In this document: piece by piece, positions 46,469 to 57,747 of the stretch
How positions within the stretch are numbered: the stretch's first letter is position 1
Layout of the letters: each line of letters begins with the position of its first letter
NCBI GenBank assembly: GCA_016841065.1
Contig: JAENZW010000002.1
Location: 1-57,747 of the forward strand
Source of the DNA: Actinomycetota bacterium
GTDB lineage: Bacteria; Actinomycetota; Coriobacteriia; Anaerosomatales; JAENZW01
DNA: 57,747 nucleotides
Direction: 5' to 3'
The notes under the pieces: generated by a model
Told to the model about the DNA's origin: nothing
Database searches by the model: none
The model's input: only the letters and a program-made list of their open reading frames with translations
Translations under genes and position numbers: made by a program

Positions 46469-47962
46469 GTGGCGGACATCCAGCGTGAGATGCTTATCTC
46501 GCACGACTCAGATGAGACACGAGTCGCGTTCCTTGAGAACGGCGAACTCGTTGAGCTCTACATTGAACGGCCGAAGCGGTCCGTTGTAGGCAACGTCTAC
46601 GTGGGCAAGGTCAAAGACGTGCTGCCGGGCATGCAGGCGGCATTCGTGGACATCGGGCTTGAGAAGAACGCGTTCCTCTACGTTGACGAGGTTGTCACGC
46701 CCGAAGACCTTGAAGATGTCCCTCGCAGAGACATTCAATCGCTGCTGAAACCTGGCCAGCAGATCATGGTCCAGGTCCTGAAGGACCCGATGGGCACGAA
46801 GGGCGCTCGGGTGACGACCGAAATAACGCTTCCCGGACGCTTCCTGGTCCTGATGCCCTTCTCGGAATTCGTCGGGGTGTCGCGCAAGATCCCCAACGGT
46901 GAGCGGGACCGCCTGCACGAGATCATAGAGCCCTATGTGCCCGAAGGGCTCGGTGTGATTGTTAGGACCGTCGCTGCCGGGGTCTCCGAGAAGGACATTG
47001 TGTCTGACCTTGAGTTCCTGTTGCGACTGTGGAAGCGAGTCGCGAACCAGGCGAGAGAAGGCCTGCCTCCCGAGATCATCTACACCGAGATGGATCTCGC
47101 GCTACGCCTCGTCAGGGACGTGTTCTCTGATGATTTCCGGCGGATGCTGATTGATGACAGGCCCGTTTACGAGAAGGTCCTCTCCTTCCTCAAGAAGACT
47201 TCTCCTCACCTCGCGCGGCGCGTGATGTTGTACCGGGAGAAGATACCGCTCTTCGACAACTTCGGCGTACATCCGACCATAGAATCAGCACTCCGGCGGG
47301 TGGTGCCTCTGCCTTCAGGAGGCCACATCCAGATCGACAAGACGGAGGCTCTGACCGCCATCGACGTGAACACGGGGAAGTTTGTAGGGAAGAAGAACCT
47401 TGCCGACACTATCTTCCGGACCAACGTCGAGGCGGCCGAGGAAGTTGTGCGCCAACTCCGCCTTCGTGACATCGGCGGGATCATTGTTGTCGACTTCATC
47501 GACATGGAGGACCACTTCCACAGGGCGGAGGTCATGCAGCGACTGACGACGGCACTTGAGCGCGACCGAACGAAGACGCGCGTCACGGAGTTTTCGAAGC
47601 TCGGTCTCGTTGAGATGACCAGGAAGAACGTGACTGATGGGCTGTTCGGCGTTCTCACCGAGCAGTGTCCGTGTTGTGGTGGTGAGGGGCGCGTTCTGTC
47701 CAGCGTGAGTCAGCGAATCGCTGTCGAGCGCCGAATGCGGGAGATTCTGGCCAACGGTCGTTCGGCGGCGTACCTATTTGGCGTCTCGACGGCGGCATAC
47801 GAGCAGCTCATGGCCCCGGGCCACAACGCTGTGGCGACCCTTCGATCGTCAACCGGCAAACAGGTTTCAATCGTGCCGGTAGATGATTGCGCGCTCACGG
47901 AAGTTCGCGTTCTCATCGAAGGAAAGGCAGGAGTTCTGCAGGGGGGCACCGAGTCTCGTTGA
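46469..47962 (+). CDS. rng: ribonuclease G/E family endoribonuclease
   Basis: S1 domain VGNVYVGKVKDVLPGMQAAFVDIG. DNase-I-like ALTAIDVNTGKF. GGIIVVDFIDM. Zn-link CPCCGGEG. Confidence 0.88.
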   Translation: MADIQREMLISHDSDETRVAFLENGELVELYIERPKRSVVGNVYVGKVKDVLPGMQAAFVDIGLEKNAFLYVDEVVTPEDLEDVPRRDIQSLLKPGQQIMVQVLKDPMGTKGARVTTEITLPGRFLVLMPFSEFVGVSRKIPNGERDRLHEIIEPYVPEGLGVIVRTVAAGVSEKDIVSDLEFLLRLWKRVANQAREGLPPEIIYTEMDLALRLVRDVFSDDFRRMLIDDRPVYEKVLSFLKKTSPHLARRVMLYREKIPLFDNFGVHPTIESALRRVVPLPSGGHIQIDKTEALTAIDVNTGKFVGKKNLADTIFRTNVEAAEEVVRQLRLRDIGGIIVVDFIDMEDHFHRAEVMQRLTTALERDRTKTRVTEFSKLGLVEMTRKNVTDGLFGVLTEQCPCCGGEGRVLSSVSQRIAVERRMREILANGRSAAYLFGVSTAAYEQLMAPGHNAVATLRSSTGKQVSIVPVDDCALTEVRVLIEGKAGVLQGGTESR

Positions 47963-47987
47963 CGCTGGTCAGACCGTGTGCTAGCAT
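47959..47987 (+). promoter_or_regulatory. putative sigma-70-type promoter for rplU-rpmA
   Basis: TTGACG-17 nt-TAGCAT, about 38 nt upstream of ATG 48026. Confidence 0.45.
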
Positions 47988-48025
47988 ACCCCCTTGCGCG
48001 CAACCGCTAATGAGAGGCCTACTCG

Positions 48026-48565
48026 ATGTACGCTGTCGTTTCCACAGGTGGAAAGCAACTCAAGGTAGAACAGGGTACCGAGGCTGTCATCGAGCGTATC
48101 GATGTCGGCGTTGGTGACACTGTTGAACTAGACGTACTCTTCGTCGCCGATGGCGACACGGTCAAGGTCGGCGCGGATGCCGCATCGGCGACCGTGACGG
48201 CCGAGGTCGTCGAGCACTTTCTCGGCGAGAAGGTCGTCGTGTTCAAGTTCAAGAAGCGCAAGGGCTACAAGCGCAACAAGGGTCACCGTCAGAGTCTGAC
48301 CCGCATCCTCATAACGGATATCGCGGGCGGTTCGGGTGCCAAGAAGGCCGCAAAGAAGTCGGAGTCTGCTGCCGAGAAGCCCGCCAAGGCCGAGAAGCCT
48401 GCGAAGGCGGCGCCTGCACCCGCGGCGAAGGAAGATGTCGTCGCGACTGTCGAGCAGGTAGCCGGTCGGTGCGAGGCCATCAAGTCCAATGGCGAGCGTT
48501 GCAGCAACAAGGCCAAGGATGGCTCCAAGTACTGCGGCGTTCACGCGAAGAAGTACGAAGGCTAG
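48026..48565 (+). CDS. rplU: 50S ribosomal protein L21 with an approximately 80-aa C-terminal extension
   Basis: MYAVVSTGGKQLKVEQG...FKFKKRKGYKRNKGHRQ is the canonical L21 core (about 100 aa). A Lys/Ala/Pro-rich tract and a Cx9Cx10Cx2H segment follow. Confidence 0.9.
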   Translation: MYAVVSTGGKQLKVEQGTEAVIERIDVGVGDTVELDVLFVADGDTVKVGADAASATVTAEVVEHFLGEKVVVFKFKKRKGYKRNKGHRQSLTRILITDIAGGSGAKKAAKKSESAAEKPAKAEKPAKAAPAPAAKEDVVATVEQVAGRCEAIKSNGERCSNKAKDGSKYCGVHAKKYEG

Positions 48566-48626
48566 GACCGGTCCCTGAGAGACCGAGTATCGGCTGACTG
48601 AAGAACTCAAAGGCAGGTAGAGGAAG

Positions 48627-48881
48627 ATGGCTCACAAGAAAGGTTTGGGCAGCACAAAGAACGGACGTGACTCCAAGCCCAAGATGCTGGGAGTCAAGCG
48701 GTTCGCTGGCCAGGAAGTCACTGCGGGCTCGATCCTCGTCCGCCAGCGTGGTACTCGTCTCAAGGCGGGACAGAACGTGGGTAGGGGCGGCGACGACACG
48801 TTGTTTGCGTTGATTGACGGCGTTGTTGACTTCACCCGCGGCAAGGATCGTCGCGTTCATGTTCGACCGCTGGAGGGCTAG
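48627..48881 (+). CDS. rpmA: 50S ribosomal protein L27
   Basis: [29 protein letters not shown]...[10 protein letters not shown]. Confidence 0.95.
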   Translation: MAHKKGLGSTKNGRDSKPKMLGVKRFAGQEVTAGSILVRQRGTRLKAGQNVGRGGDDTLFALIDGVVDFTRGKDRRVHVRPLEG

Positions 48882-48922
48882 AGAGCAGTAGCCCCGACGG
48901 CTGATGAGCGATGTGAGGCGAG

Positions 48923-48958
48923 CCCTCCGCTCCTCCGGGGCGGGGGGTTCGTGTGTTC
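48923..48958 (+). terminator. putative terminator after rpmA
   Basis: CCCUCCGC-N9-GCGGGGGG (8 bp including one G.U) followed by UUCGUGUGUUC. Confidence 0.4.
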
Positions 48959-48968
48959 AATGAGATGA

Positions 48969-51457
<2,489 letters not shown>

Positions 51458-51494
51458 GTGACAGGCAGGTCTTGGAGAGAAGAGGGAGCAAACG

Positions 51495-52748
51495 ATGTCG
51501 GAAGTGATGACGCTCGCGACGCGCGCGCGTGAGGCAGCGCAGCGCCTCGGGAACACCTCGACCGAGCAGCGTAACCGTGCGTTGCTGGCCATGGCTCACG
51601 CGCTGACCCACAACCAGGACGAAATCTTGGCCGCGAACGCGAAGGACTTGGATGCCGCACGCGCAAAGAACGTGGCTACGGCACTTGTCGACCGGCTCGA
51701 ACTGAATCCCTCGCGACTCAAGTCGATGTCCGAGGCTCTCAAGGCTCTGGCGCTTCTGTCCGACCCGATCGGCGAGGTGATAGCTGGACACACGCTTCCG
51801 AATGGCATCCAGGTATCGCAGATACGAGTGCCCCTGGGCGTGGTCGCAATAATCTACGAGGCCCGTCCCAACGTTACGGCTGACGCCGCCGGCCTCTGCA
51901 TCAAGACCGGGAATGCGGTCATCCTCCGCGGGGGGTCCCTCGCGGTGAACTCGAACATAGCCCTGACCCGTGTTCTGGCTGCGGCGGCGACGAATGCGGG
52001 TATGCCGGTCGGTTCCGTGCAGTCTGTGGAGTCCACGGATCGTGCGGCCGCGGAGGAGTTGATGGGTCTGCACGGCTACATCGATGTGCTGATCCCGCGC
52101 GGCGGAGCGGGTCTGATTAAGAGCGTCGTGGAGAACGCGAAGGTGCCGGTCATTGAGACTGGTGTCGGCAACTGTCATGTGTACGTTCACAAGGACGCGG
52201 ATCCCGAGATGGCGAAGCGGATCGTCGTCAACGCCAAGTGCCAACGTCCTGGGGTCTGCAACGCTGCCGAATCGCTTCTCGTAGACGAAGAGGCGCACGC
52301 CAAGGTCCTGCCGCCGATTCTCAAGGCGTTGGAGGAGAATGGCGTCACGATAGTCGGCGATGATCCTACGCGGGCTCTCGGAGCTGTGATGCGCATCGAG
52401 CGTGCATCGGAGGAGGACTGGGGGACCGAGTACCTGGACCTCAAGATGTCCGTGAAGGTCGTGGCAGGTCTGGACGAGGCTATTCAGCACATCAACACGT
52501 ACGGGACGAAGCACTCGGAAGCCATTATCACCGAGGACTACTCGGCGGCACGACGGTTCATGAGGGAGATCGATGCTGCAGCCGTCTACGTGAACGCCTC
52601 AACACGGTTCACCGATGGTGGCGAATTCGGCATGGGAGCCGAGATCGGAATCTCCACACAGAAGCTGCACGCACGCGGGCCTATGGGACTCGCCGCGCTC
52701 ACGTCGACGAAGTTCGTCGCGATGGGCAGTGGCCAGATCCGGGAGTAG
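51495..52748 (+). CDS. proA: glutamate-5-semialdehyde dehydrogenase
   Basis: PLGVVAIIYEARPNVT, ILRGGS, CNAAESLLV, HINTYGTKHSEAIIT, NASTRFTDG. Confidence 0.92.
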   Translation: MSEVMTLATRAREAAQRLGNTSTEQRNRALLAMAHALTHNQDEILAANAKDLDAARAKNVATALVDRLELNPSRLKSMSEALKALALLSDPIGEVIAGHTLPNGIQVSQIRVPLGVVAIIYEARPNVTADAAGLCIKTGNAVILRGGSLAVNSNIALTRVLAAAATNAGMPVGSVQSVESTDRAAAEELMGLHGYIDVLIPRGGAGLIKSVVENAKVPVIETGVGNCHVYVHKDADPEMAKRIVVNAKCQRPGVCNAAESLLVDEEAHAKVLPPILKALEENGVTIVGDDPTRALGAVMRIERASEEDWGTEYLDLKMSVKVVAGLDEAIQHINTYGTKHSEAIITEDYSAARRFMREIDAAAVYVNASTRFTDGGEFGMGAEIGISTQKLHARGPMGLAALTSTKFVAMGSGQIRE

Positions 52749-52771
52749 CCACGAAAGCGCGCCTCGGCATA

Positions 52772-53362
52772 ATGGGTGGGACCTTCGATCCCATCCACTT
52801 CGGTCACCTGGTCGCGGCGGAGGAGGCCTTGGTCCAGTTCAACCTGGACAGAGTCATCTTCATGCCCACGGGAGAGCCGGCTCGAAAGACGCACCTCGAC
52901 GTGACGCAGGCCGAGGACAGGTATCTGATGGCGGTCATCGCCACGGCGAGTCATCCGGACTTCGAAGTCTCTCGCATGGAGATCGACAGACCCGGGCCCA
53001 CATACACCGTGGACACCCTCAGGGCGCTGCGGAACATCCACGGCAAGATGGCGGACCTCTACTTCATCACAGGCGCGGACGCGGTCTGGGAGATGCTGAC
53101 GTGGAAGGATGCCGAAGAGTTCGAGGATCTGTGCACGTTCATCGCGGCAACACGGCCCGGATACGATCTGGATGCTGCGAGACAGGAACATGCGGACGCG
53201 CTCGCGCGTCTCAGGATTGAGTTCATCGAGGTCCCGGCGCTGGCCATCTCGTCGACGGATATTCGGCAGCGAGTAGGCGAGAGGCGACCCATCCGCTACC
53301 TCACGCCGGAGTCTGTCGTGGCCTACATCAAGAAGCACCGACTCTACCAGGAGGCCTACTAA
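52772..53362 (+). CDS. nadD: nicotinate-nucleotide adenylyltransferase
   Basis: MGGTFDPIHFGHL (HxGH) and ISSTDIRQRV motifs. Confidence 0.9.
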   Translation: MGGTFDPIHFGHLVAAEEALVQFNLDRVIFMPTGEPARKTHLDVTQAEDRYLMAVIATASHPDFEVSRMEIDRPGPTYTVDTLRALRNIHGKMADLYFITGADAVWEMLTWKDAEEFEDLCTFIAATRPGYDLDAARQEHADALARLRIEFIEVPALAISSTDIRQRVGERRPIRYLTPESVVAYIKKHRLYQEAY

Positions 53363-53363
53363 C

Positions 53364-53945
53364 ATGTCAGGCGTGTCCTTCGACGAGGCTCGTGCGGCGC
53401 TAGCCGATCGTGTCGGCCCTGACGCGCTTGCGCACTGTGAGCGAGTCGCGACCACCGCCGGACACCTCGCCGAAGTCTACGGAGTCGACGAGGGCGTTGC
53501 GTGTCTCGCCGGCCTGCTGCACGACTGGTGCCGGGATGATTCTCCCGACGAGTTGATACGGGCAGCGGAAGCAGCGGGCCTCGAGATCACCCACGTGGAC
53601 CGCAGTCGCCCGTATCTTCTGCACGCGCACACGGCTGCGGCGCAACTGCTTCAGGTGTTGCCGGGGCTGTCGCCGGCGGTTCTTTCGGCAATCGAGGCGC
53701 ACACAATGGGTCGCGAGGAGATGTCGGATCTCGATAGGCTGGTCTACATCGCCGACATGCTTGAGCCGGAGCGTGACTATCCCGCGCTGCGGGATCTGCG
53801 GGCTACCGTCGGCTTCGTGTCGCTGAGAGAGCTGTTTCTGAGCGCATATGCTGTCTCGATCGGGCACCTCGTCGAGCGTCGTGCGCTCATACATCCCCGC
53901 ACCATCGCCGTCTGGAACCGACTCGTCAGCGAAGAGACAACGTGA
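53364..53945 (+). CDS. yqeK: HD-domain Ap4A hydrolase YqeK
   Basis: HCERVA...LAGLLHDWCR HD motif. Conserved nadD-yqeK-rsfS neighbourhood. Confidence 0.8.
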   Translation: MSGVSFDEARAALADRVGPDALAHCERVATTAGHLAEVYGVDEGVACLAGLLHDWCRDDSPDELIRAAEAAGLEITHVDRSRPYLLHAHTAAAQLLQVLPGLSPAVLSAIEAHTMGREEMSDLDRLVYIADMLEPERDYPALRDLRATVGFVSLRELFLSAYAVSIGHLVERRALIHPRTIAVWNRLVSEETT

Positions 53946-55081
53946 CTGAGACTGACGACAAGAAGACGAGGCGCTCGCGCGCTCCCGATCCCGACGCCCA
54001 GGAGATGCCGCAAGGGTGGCGCATGTCCCGGCGCAGCACGCGCGCGGGCAAGAAGGTGCGCAAGGATATGAAGTCCCAGGAGAGAAGGGACAAGGTCGCC
54101 TTCTCGGCAGGTAGGGCCGGCAGGTCATTCCAGCGCTACGCATATGTCGCAGGCGTCGCAATCGCTGGAGTCGCGGCGAGCATCCTCGTGCTCGTTCTCA
54201 TCGCGACCGTGATCAACGGTCTTGCTCGCTGGAGCGCCAGCCGGGGCACGAACAGCGATTCCGGGATTGATGCACGGGCCGAACAGGACAAGAACAACTT
54301 GCTGCTCATAGCTCTTGAGGGCGACAAGGCGACGGGATTCCTGGCCATCCGCAGCGATTCTGAGAAAGAAATGGTGTATGGAATAGCGATTCCCGACGCG
54401 GCGTTCATCGAAGTTCCCGGGCAAGGGTTCGAGCGCGTTGGTGATTCGTACGAGGCCGGTCCGGACGTGTCGGCTTCAGCGATCGCCAACTTCCTGGGTG
54501 TGCCGTTCAGCAAGTGGGTGTTGATAGACGCGGAGACGTACAAGACGGCAGTGTCATCCCAGAGCCTTTCGGGGGTTGTCAGTTCGGCCGTGGAAACCAA
54601 CATGACTGCCGAGGAGCGCGATAGATGGGCTGGGGTTGTCGATGCTATCGCGACGGAGAACGTCGCCATCGTGCCGCTCCCAACGGAGCCGGTGAACGTC
54701 GGCAATCAGACATACCTGGATCCGCAGCGCGACGAGGTCGCCGCTCTAGTCGAGCAGTGGTGGGGAGTCTCGCAGGAAGCGCGCCAGGACGTCGTGCGAG
54801 TCATCGTCTACAACGGAGCGGGTGTGCCAGGGATAGCCGGGAAGGCCGGGCAGATCCTGATTCGCGAAGGATACCGCGTGGTCGACACCAAGAACGCGGA
54901 CCGTTTCGACTACGGGGCAACTCAGATCATCGTTCAGAACGGCGATGAGAATACCGGCGCGGGCGTTCGCGATGTTCTCGGGGTTGGCGAGGTCGTAGTC
55001 CGCCCCGCGGACCAACAGGTCGCCGACGTGATTGTGATAATAGGGAAGGACTACTCGCCGCCGGGCACCGGTAGTGAGTGA
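53942..55081 (+). CDS. LytR-CpsA-Psr (LCP) family protein with LytR_C domain
   Basis: Basic N-terminus plus TM helix. An LCP-like core (NLLLIALEGD...IPDAAFIEVPGQG). C-terminal VRVIVYNGAGVPGIAGKAGQIL LytR_C-like domain. Confidence 0.65.
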   Translation: MTETDDKKTRRSRAPDPDAQEMPQGWRMSRRSTRAGKKVRKDMKSQERRDKVAFSAGRAGRSFQRYAYVAGVAIAGVAASILVLVLIATVINGLARWSASRGTNSDSGIDARAEQDKNNLLLIALEGDKATGFLAIRSDSEKEMVYGIAIPDAAFIEVPGQGFERVGDSYEAGPDVSASAIANFLGVPFSKWVLIDAETYKTAVSSQSLSGVVSSAVETNMTAEERDRWAGVVDAIATENVAIVPLPTEPVNVGNQTYLDPQRDEVAALVEQWWGVSQEARQDVVRVIVYNGAGVPGIAGKAGQILIREGYRVVDTKNADRFDYGATQIIVQNGDENTGAGVRDVLGVGEVVVRPADQQVADVIVIIGKDYSPPGTGSE

Positions 55082-55505
55082 CGGAACAGGGAAGGGCTGG
55101 GCGATACAACTGGACTCGCTTGACTACCTGCTTGTAGCCGCGGAGGCGGCATCCGACAAGAAGGCCGAAAACATCGTGGCGCTCGACGTCGCCGAACTGC
55201 TCGTGGTCACCGACAGCTTCCTCATCTGCACCGGGCGTACAGACCGACAGGTCCGCACAATCGCGGATGAGATTGAGCTCAAGGTGAAGCAGGCAGGCTT
55301 GCCGCCCATGGGCATCGAGGGTCACGCCGAGGGGCGCTGGGTTCTGATCGACTTCGGTGATCTGGTCGCTCACGTGTTTCAGCCCGAGGAGCGAGAGTTC
55401 TACAGACTGGAGCGGCTCTGGGCGGATGCACCGCGCATCGGACTGCCCAAGAGCGTCACGGGCCCTGCTGAAGGCATTCTCGAGACCGAGCCCGCTCGGT
55501 CGTGA
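55074..55505 (+). CDS. rsfS: ribosome silencing factor RsfS
   Basis: AASDKKAENIVALDV...TDSFLICTGRTDRQVRTIADEI...WVLIDFGDLVAHVFQPEEREFYRLE.LW. Confidence 0.9.
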   Translation: MSDGTGKGWAIQLDSLDYLLVAAEAASDKKAENIVALDVAELLVVTDSFLICTGRTDRQVRTIADEIELKVKQAGLPPMGIEGHAEGRWVLIDFGDLVAHVFQPEEREFYRLERLWADAPRIGLPKSVTGPAEGILETEPARS

Positions 55506-56458
55506 AGGATCACAGCGCACGTTTCTGGGCTGCGGCGGCGCTCGTCGGCATCGCGGCTGTCTGGGGAGCCACCTTCGTCATGGTGAAGAACGCAGTGGCG
55601 CTGTACCCCCTGTATGCGTTCCTTTCCCTGCGATTCTCCATCGCTGTGCTCGCCTTCGCGATGATCTTCCCAAGAGCGTTGCGTCGCATGAATCGAGAGA
55701 CCATCTACGTGGGGTTGCTGGCTGGTGTGTTCCTGTGCCTGGGCTACGTCTTCCAGACATGGGGCTTGAAGGACACGACCGCCTCGAAGGCCGCCTTCAT
55801 CACCGGCATGTTCGTGGTGATCACGCCAGTCTTGCAGGCGGTGGTGCTTCGCAGTCTTCCACGTGCAGCTACACTCGCCGGTGTCGGACTTGCGGTCGTC
55901 GGTCTGTGGCTACTGTCTGGCGCGTCGGCCGACGGATGGACGATAGGTGACACTCGCGTGTTTCTCTGCGCGGTGGCCTACGCTGCTCACATGATCGTCC
56001 TGGGGGGCATGGGCAGACATCACGATCCTCTACCCCTCACCCTCGTCCAGCTTGCGATGGTCGCGTTGGTCTGCACGGGAATCTCTCTGTCGATAGAACC
56101 GTTCTCGCTCCCGTCGGACGCGTCTGTGTGGATTGCGCTGACGGTCACCGGGGTCCTTGCGTCTGCGATCGCGTTTGCAGGTCAGACGTGGGCACAGCGG
56201 TATCTCTCGCCGACGAAGACGGCGCTGATCCTCATCAACGAGCCGGTCTTCGGCGGCCTGTTCGGCTGGTTGGCAGGGGACATCTTCGGTGTACGCGGAC
56301 TCGCGGGCAGTGTTCTCATAGTCGGAGGGATGATCATCTCAGAACTCCTGGGCGCGATGCCTTCAGCTCGGGAACACGTGGTTCTCTCGAGCGCGCTCGA
56401 AGGCCCGCCCGTGCCGTTGCTTGAGCTCGACGAGGGCGGACCGGATATCGGCGTCTAG
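55502..56458 (+). CDS. EamA/DMT-family transporter
   Basis: Ten predicted TM helices in two EamA-like halves. GATFVMVK and FQTWGLKDT motifs. Confidence 0.75.
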   Translation: MKDHSARFWAAAALVGIAAVWGATFVMVKNAVALYPLYAFLSLRFSIAVLAFAMIFPRALRRMNRETIYVGLLAGVFLCLGYVFQTWGLKDTTASKAAFITGMFVVITPVLQAVVLRSLPRAATLAGVGLAVVGLWLLSGASADGWTIGDTRVFLCAVAYAAHMIVLGGMGRHHDPLPLTLVQLAMVALVCTGISLSIEPFSLPSDASVWIALTVTGVLASAIAFAGQTWAQRYLSPTKTALILINEPVFGGLFGWLAGDIFGVRGLAGSVLIVGGMIISELLGAMPSAREHVVLSSALEGPPVPLLELDEGGPDIGV

Positions 56459-56485
56459 CGCTGGTTTCGGCCTGTTGCGTGCGGC

Positions 56486-56513
56486 TTGACCGGCGGGAGG
56501 CGGCTGCTATACT
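56486..56513 (+). promoter_or_regulatory. putative sigma-70-type promoter for tRNA-Ala
   Basis: TTGACC-16 nt-TATACT, about 42 nt upstream of the tRNA. Confidence 0.45.
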
Positions 56514-56555
56514 GTCGCTTGCGCCGTACGGCGTCCAGCACAAGTGGGGCCATAG

Positions 56556-56631
56556 CTCAGCTGGGAGAGCGCATGGCTGGCAGCCATGAGGTCAGGGGTT
56601 CGATCCCCCTTGGCTCCACCAAGACATTTAG
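56556..56631 (+). tRNA. tRNA-Ala (anticodon GGC), CCA encoded
   Basis: Acceptor GGGGCCA/TGGCTCC with the G3:U70 identity pair. Anticodon stem CATGG/CCATG with loop CT-GGC-AG. T arm AGGGG-TTCGATC-CCCCT. Confidence 0.9.
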
Positions 56632-56641
56632 AGCCCGTCGG

Positions 56642-56673
56642 AGACTCCGGCGGGCTTTCTGTTGCGCGCGTGA
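56642..56673 (+). terminator. intrinsic terminator after tRNA-Ala
   Basis: AGCCCGUCGGA-GAC-UCCGGCGGGCU (11 bp including one G.U) followed by UUCUGUU. Confidence 0.65.
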
Positions 56674-56809
56674 GCGGCGGGATCTTGCGGTCGCGGGAGT
56701 CTGTCGCGACGTACGGCGGCTTGACGATTCGCTGTCGCATGACAGATAAATGGCCTATGGGTCCGACGGGCTGGTTGTCGCACGCCGCCCACGAAGAGGG
56801 GACAAGCCA

Positions 56810-57747
56810 ATGCGATTCAAACGCTCGCTGATCGGTCTGTTCGCAGCGGTCGCCGCTGTGGTGTTGCTCGCGGGGTGTGTCGACGTTGAGCAGCACCTGA
56901 CAATCAACTCCGACGGTAGTGCGGATATCGCGAATACGATCACGATGGACTCGAGTCTGCTCGACGCCGCGGCTTCCGAGGGCGGGGGCGAAGACCTCAC
57001 GGGCGTGTTCGATGACGTCGCAACCGAGTCCGAGGCGGATGGTTTCAAGGTCGAGGACATCGATGAAGGTGGCAAGAAGGGGATCAAGGCAACCAAACAT
57101 ATTGACGACATCGCTGATTTCGATCTTGCTGAGCTCGGCGAAGGCACGTCAGGTGAGATCAAGATAGAGAAGAGCTTCCTTCAGACGAAAGTAGTCGTCG
57201 ACCTGGCGGTCCCGTTCGACGCGAGCTCCGGGGGCGAGGACCTGGCTTCGGATCCGTCCATGGGCGACATCATCGAGGCCAACTTCAAGTTGACGCTTCC
57301 TGGCAAGATCACCGGCGACAACGCTGACGAGGTCAGCAGCGATGGGAAGACTGCCACATGGAAGCTGACGTCGGGGAGTGACGTGAAGATCGAGGCGGAA
57401 TCGTCTTCGTACAACACCGTCGCGCTTGCGGGAATCGGTGGCGGAGTGCTTCTGCTGGTCGTGGTGGTCGTGGCAATCATCGTCATAATGATGCGTCGCA
57501 AGAAGAGTGCCGCCGTTCCGGCGATGGGACCGCAGCCCGACGCTCTGCAGCCCGGGTATGTTCCTGCACCAATGCCGCAACCGCAGTACGCACCGCAGCC
57601 CGAGCCCGCAGCGCCCGTCGCAGAGCCCGCACCGGCCCCGATGCCCGAGCCTGCACCGGCCCCGATGCCCGAACCCGTTCCGGCCCCGATGCCCGAACCC
57701 GTTCCGGCCCCGATGCCCGAACCCGTTCCGGCCCCGATGCCCGAACC
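56810..57747 (+). CDS. LppM/DUF3153-like lipoprotein with TM helix and Pro-rich repeat tail (3' end beyond window)
   Basis: Translated by hand and not in the ORF track, because no stop lies in the window. MRFKRSLIGLFAAVAAVVLLAGC lipobox, an approximately 190-aa domain, TM helix GGGVLLLVVVVVAIIVIMM, then (PAPMPEPV)n. RBS GAAGAGGGG. Confidence 0.6.
   Translation, partial: MRFKRSLIGLFAAVAAVVLLAGCVDVEQHLTINSDGSADIANTITMDSSLLDAAASEGGGEDLTGVFDDVATESEADGFKVEDIDEGGKKGIKATKHIDDIADFDLAELGEGTSGEIKIEKSFLQTKVVVDLAVPFDASSGGEDLASDPSMGDIIEANFKLTLPGKITGDNADEVSSDGKTATWKLTSGSDVKIEAESSSYNTVALAGIGGGVLLLVVVVVAIIVIMMRRKKSAAVPAMGPQPDALQPGYVPAPMPQPQYAPQPEPAAPVAEPAPAPMPEPAPAPMPEPVPAPMPEPVPAPMPEPVPAPMPE
57632..57747 (+). 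repeat. 24-bp in-frame tandem repeat, at least 4.8 copies, truncated by the window end
   Basis: CCGGCCCCGATGCCCGA(A/G)CC(C/T)G(T/C)(T/A) units at 57632, 57656, 57680, 57704 and 57728. The last three full units are identical. Confidence 0.9.

Noticed and set aside
57632-57747. Regular 24-bp repeats at the window end, considered as a possible CRISPR array or other non-coding repeat.
   Set aside because: The units are directly tandem with no spacers. They are in frame with an upstream lipoprotein ORF and encode a sensible Pro-rich peptide repeat.

Overview
57.7 kb high-GC chromosomal segment from an anaerobic, Gram-positive-type bacterium. Gene content and order suggest Actinomycetota, possibly Coriobacteriia-like; this is inference only. 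I saw no transposase, integrase, CRISPR array or recognisable defence genes. The content is energy metabolism plus housekeeping. (1) 269-6216, minus strand: a membrane-bound group-1 uptake hydrogenase operon (Tat small subunit, large subunit, b-type cytochrome), followed by a separate HemN-like radical SAM plus maturation protease unit. The large subunit is split in the ORF track by an in-frame TGA. Read-through restores the DPxxxCxxH nickel-binding motif and a hairpin sits 10 nt downstream, so I call it a selenocysteine [NiFeSe] enzyme. (2) About 840 bp of palindrome-rich non-coding DNA lies upstream of that operon. (3) 7057-12799: DUF2249, a HAD hydrolase, a 1024-aa FAD/Fe-S/CCG fusion oxidoreductase with a Met-rich tail, a Crp/Fnr regulator and a cytochrome b5-like protein. 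(4) 12811-19726: RlmD-like methyltransferase, an orphan REC-PilT fusion ATPase, then OsmC, a GT2 glycosyltransferase, a PIG-L deacetylase, a 524-aa BshC-like unknown and a mini-ferredoxin. This may be a low-molecular-weight-thiol or glycoconjugate module. (5) PlsY, a lipid kinase, tRNA-Arg, an EF-G paralogue, a cyclophilin, a TPR membrane protein and Ndk. (6) 26654-36612: a four-subunit group-3b (sulfhydrogenase-type) [NiFe] hydrogenase directly followed by rnfCDGEAB and NusG_II/Gx-transporter genes. (7) RadC, mreBCD-mrdA-rodA, a conserved radical SAM pair, RNase G, rplU (with an unusual C-terminal tail), rpmA, obg, proBA, nadD, yqeK, an LCP protein, rsfS, an EamA transporter, tRNA-Ala, and a lipoprotein with a 24-bp tandem-repeat Pro-rich tail that runs off the window. 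Several ORF-track starts were trimmed to SD-preceded or translationally coupled (ATGA/GTGA) starts. Coordinates include stop codons.
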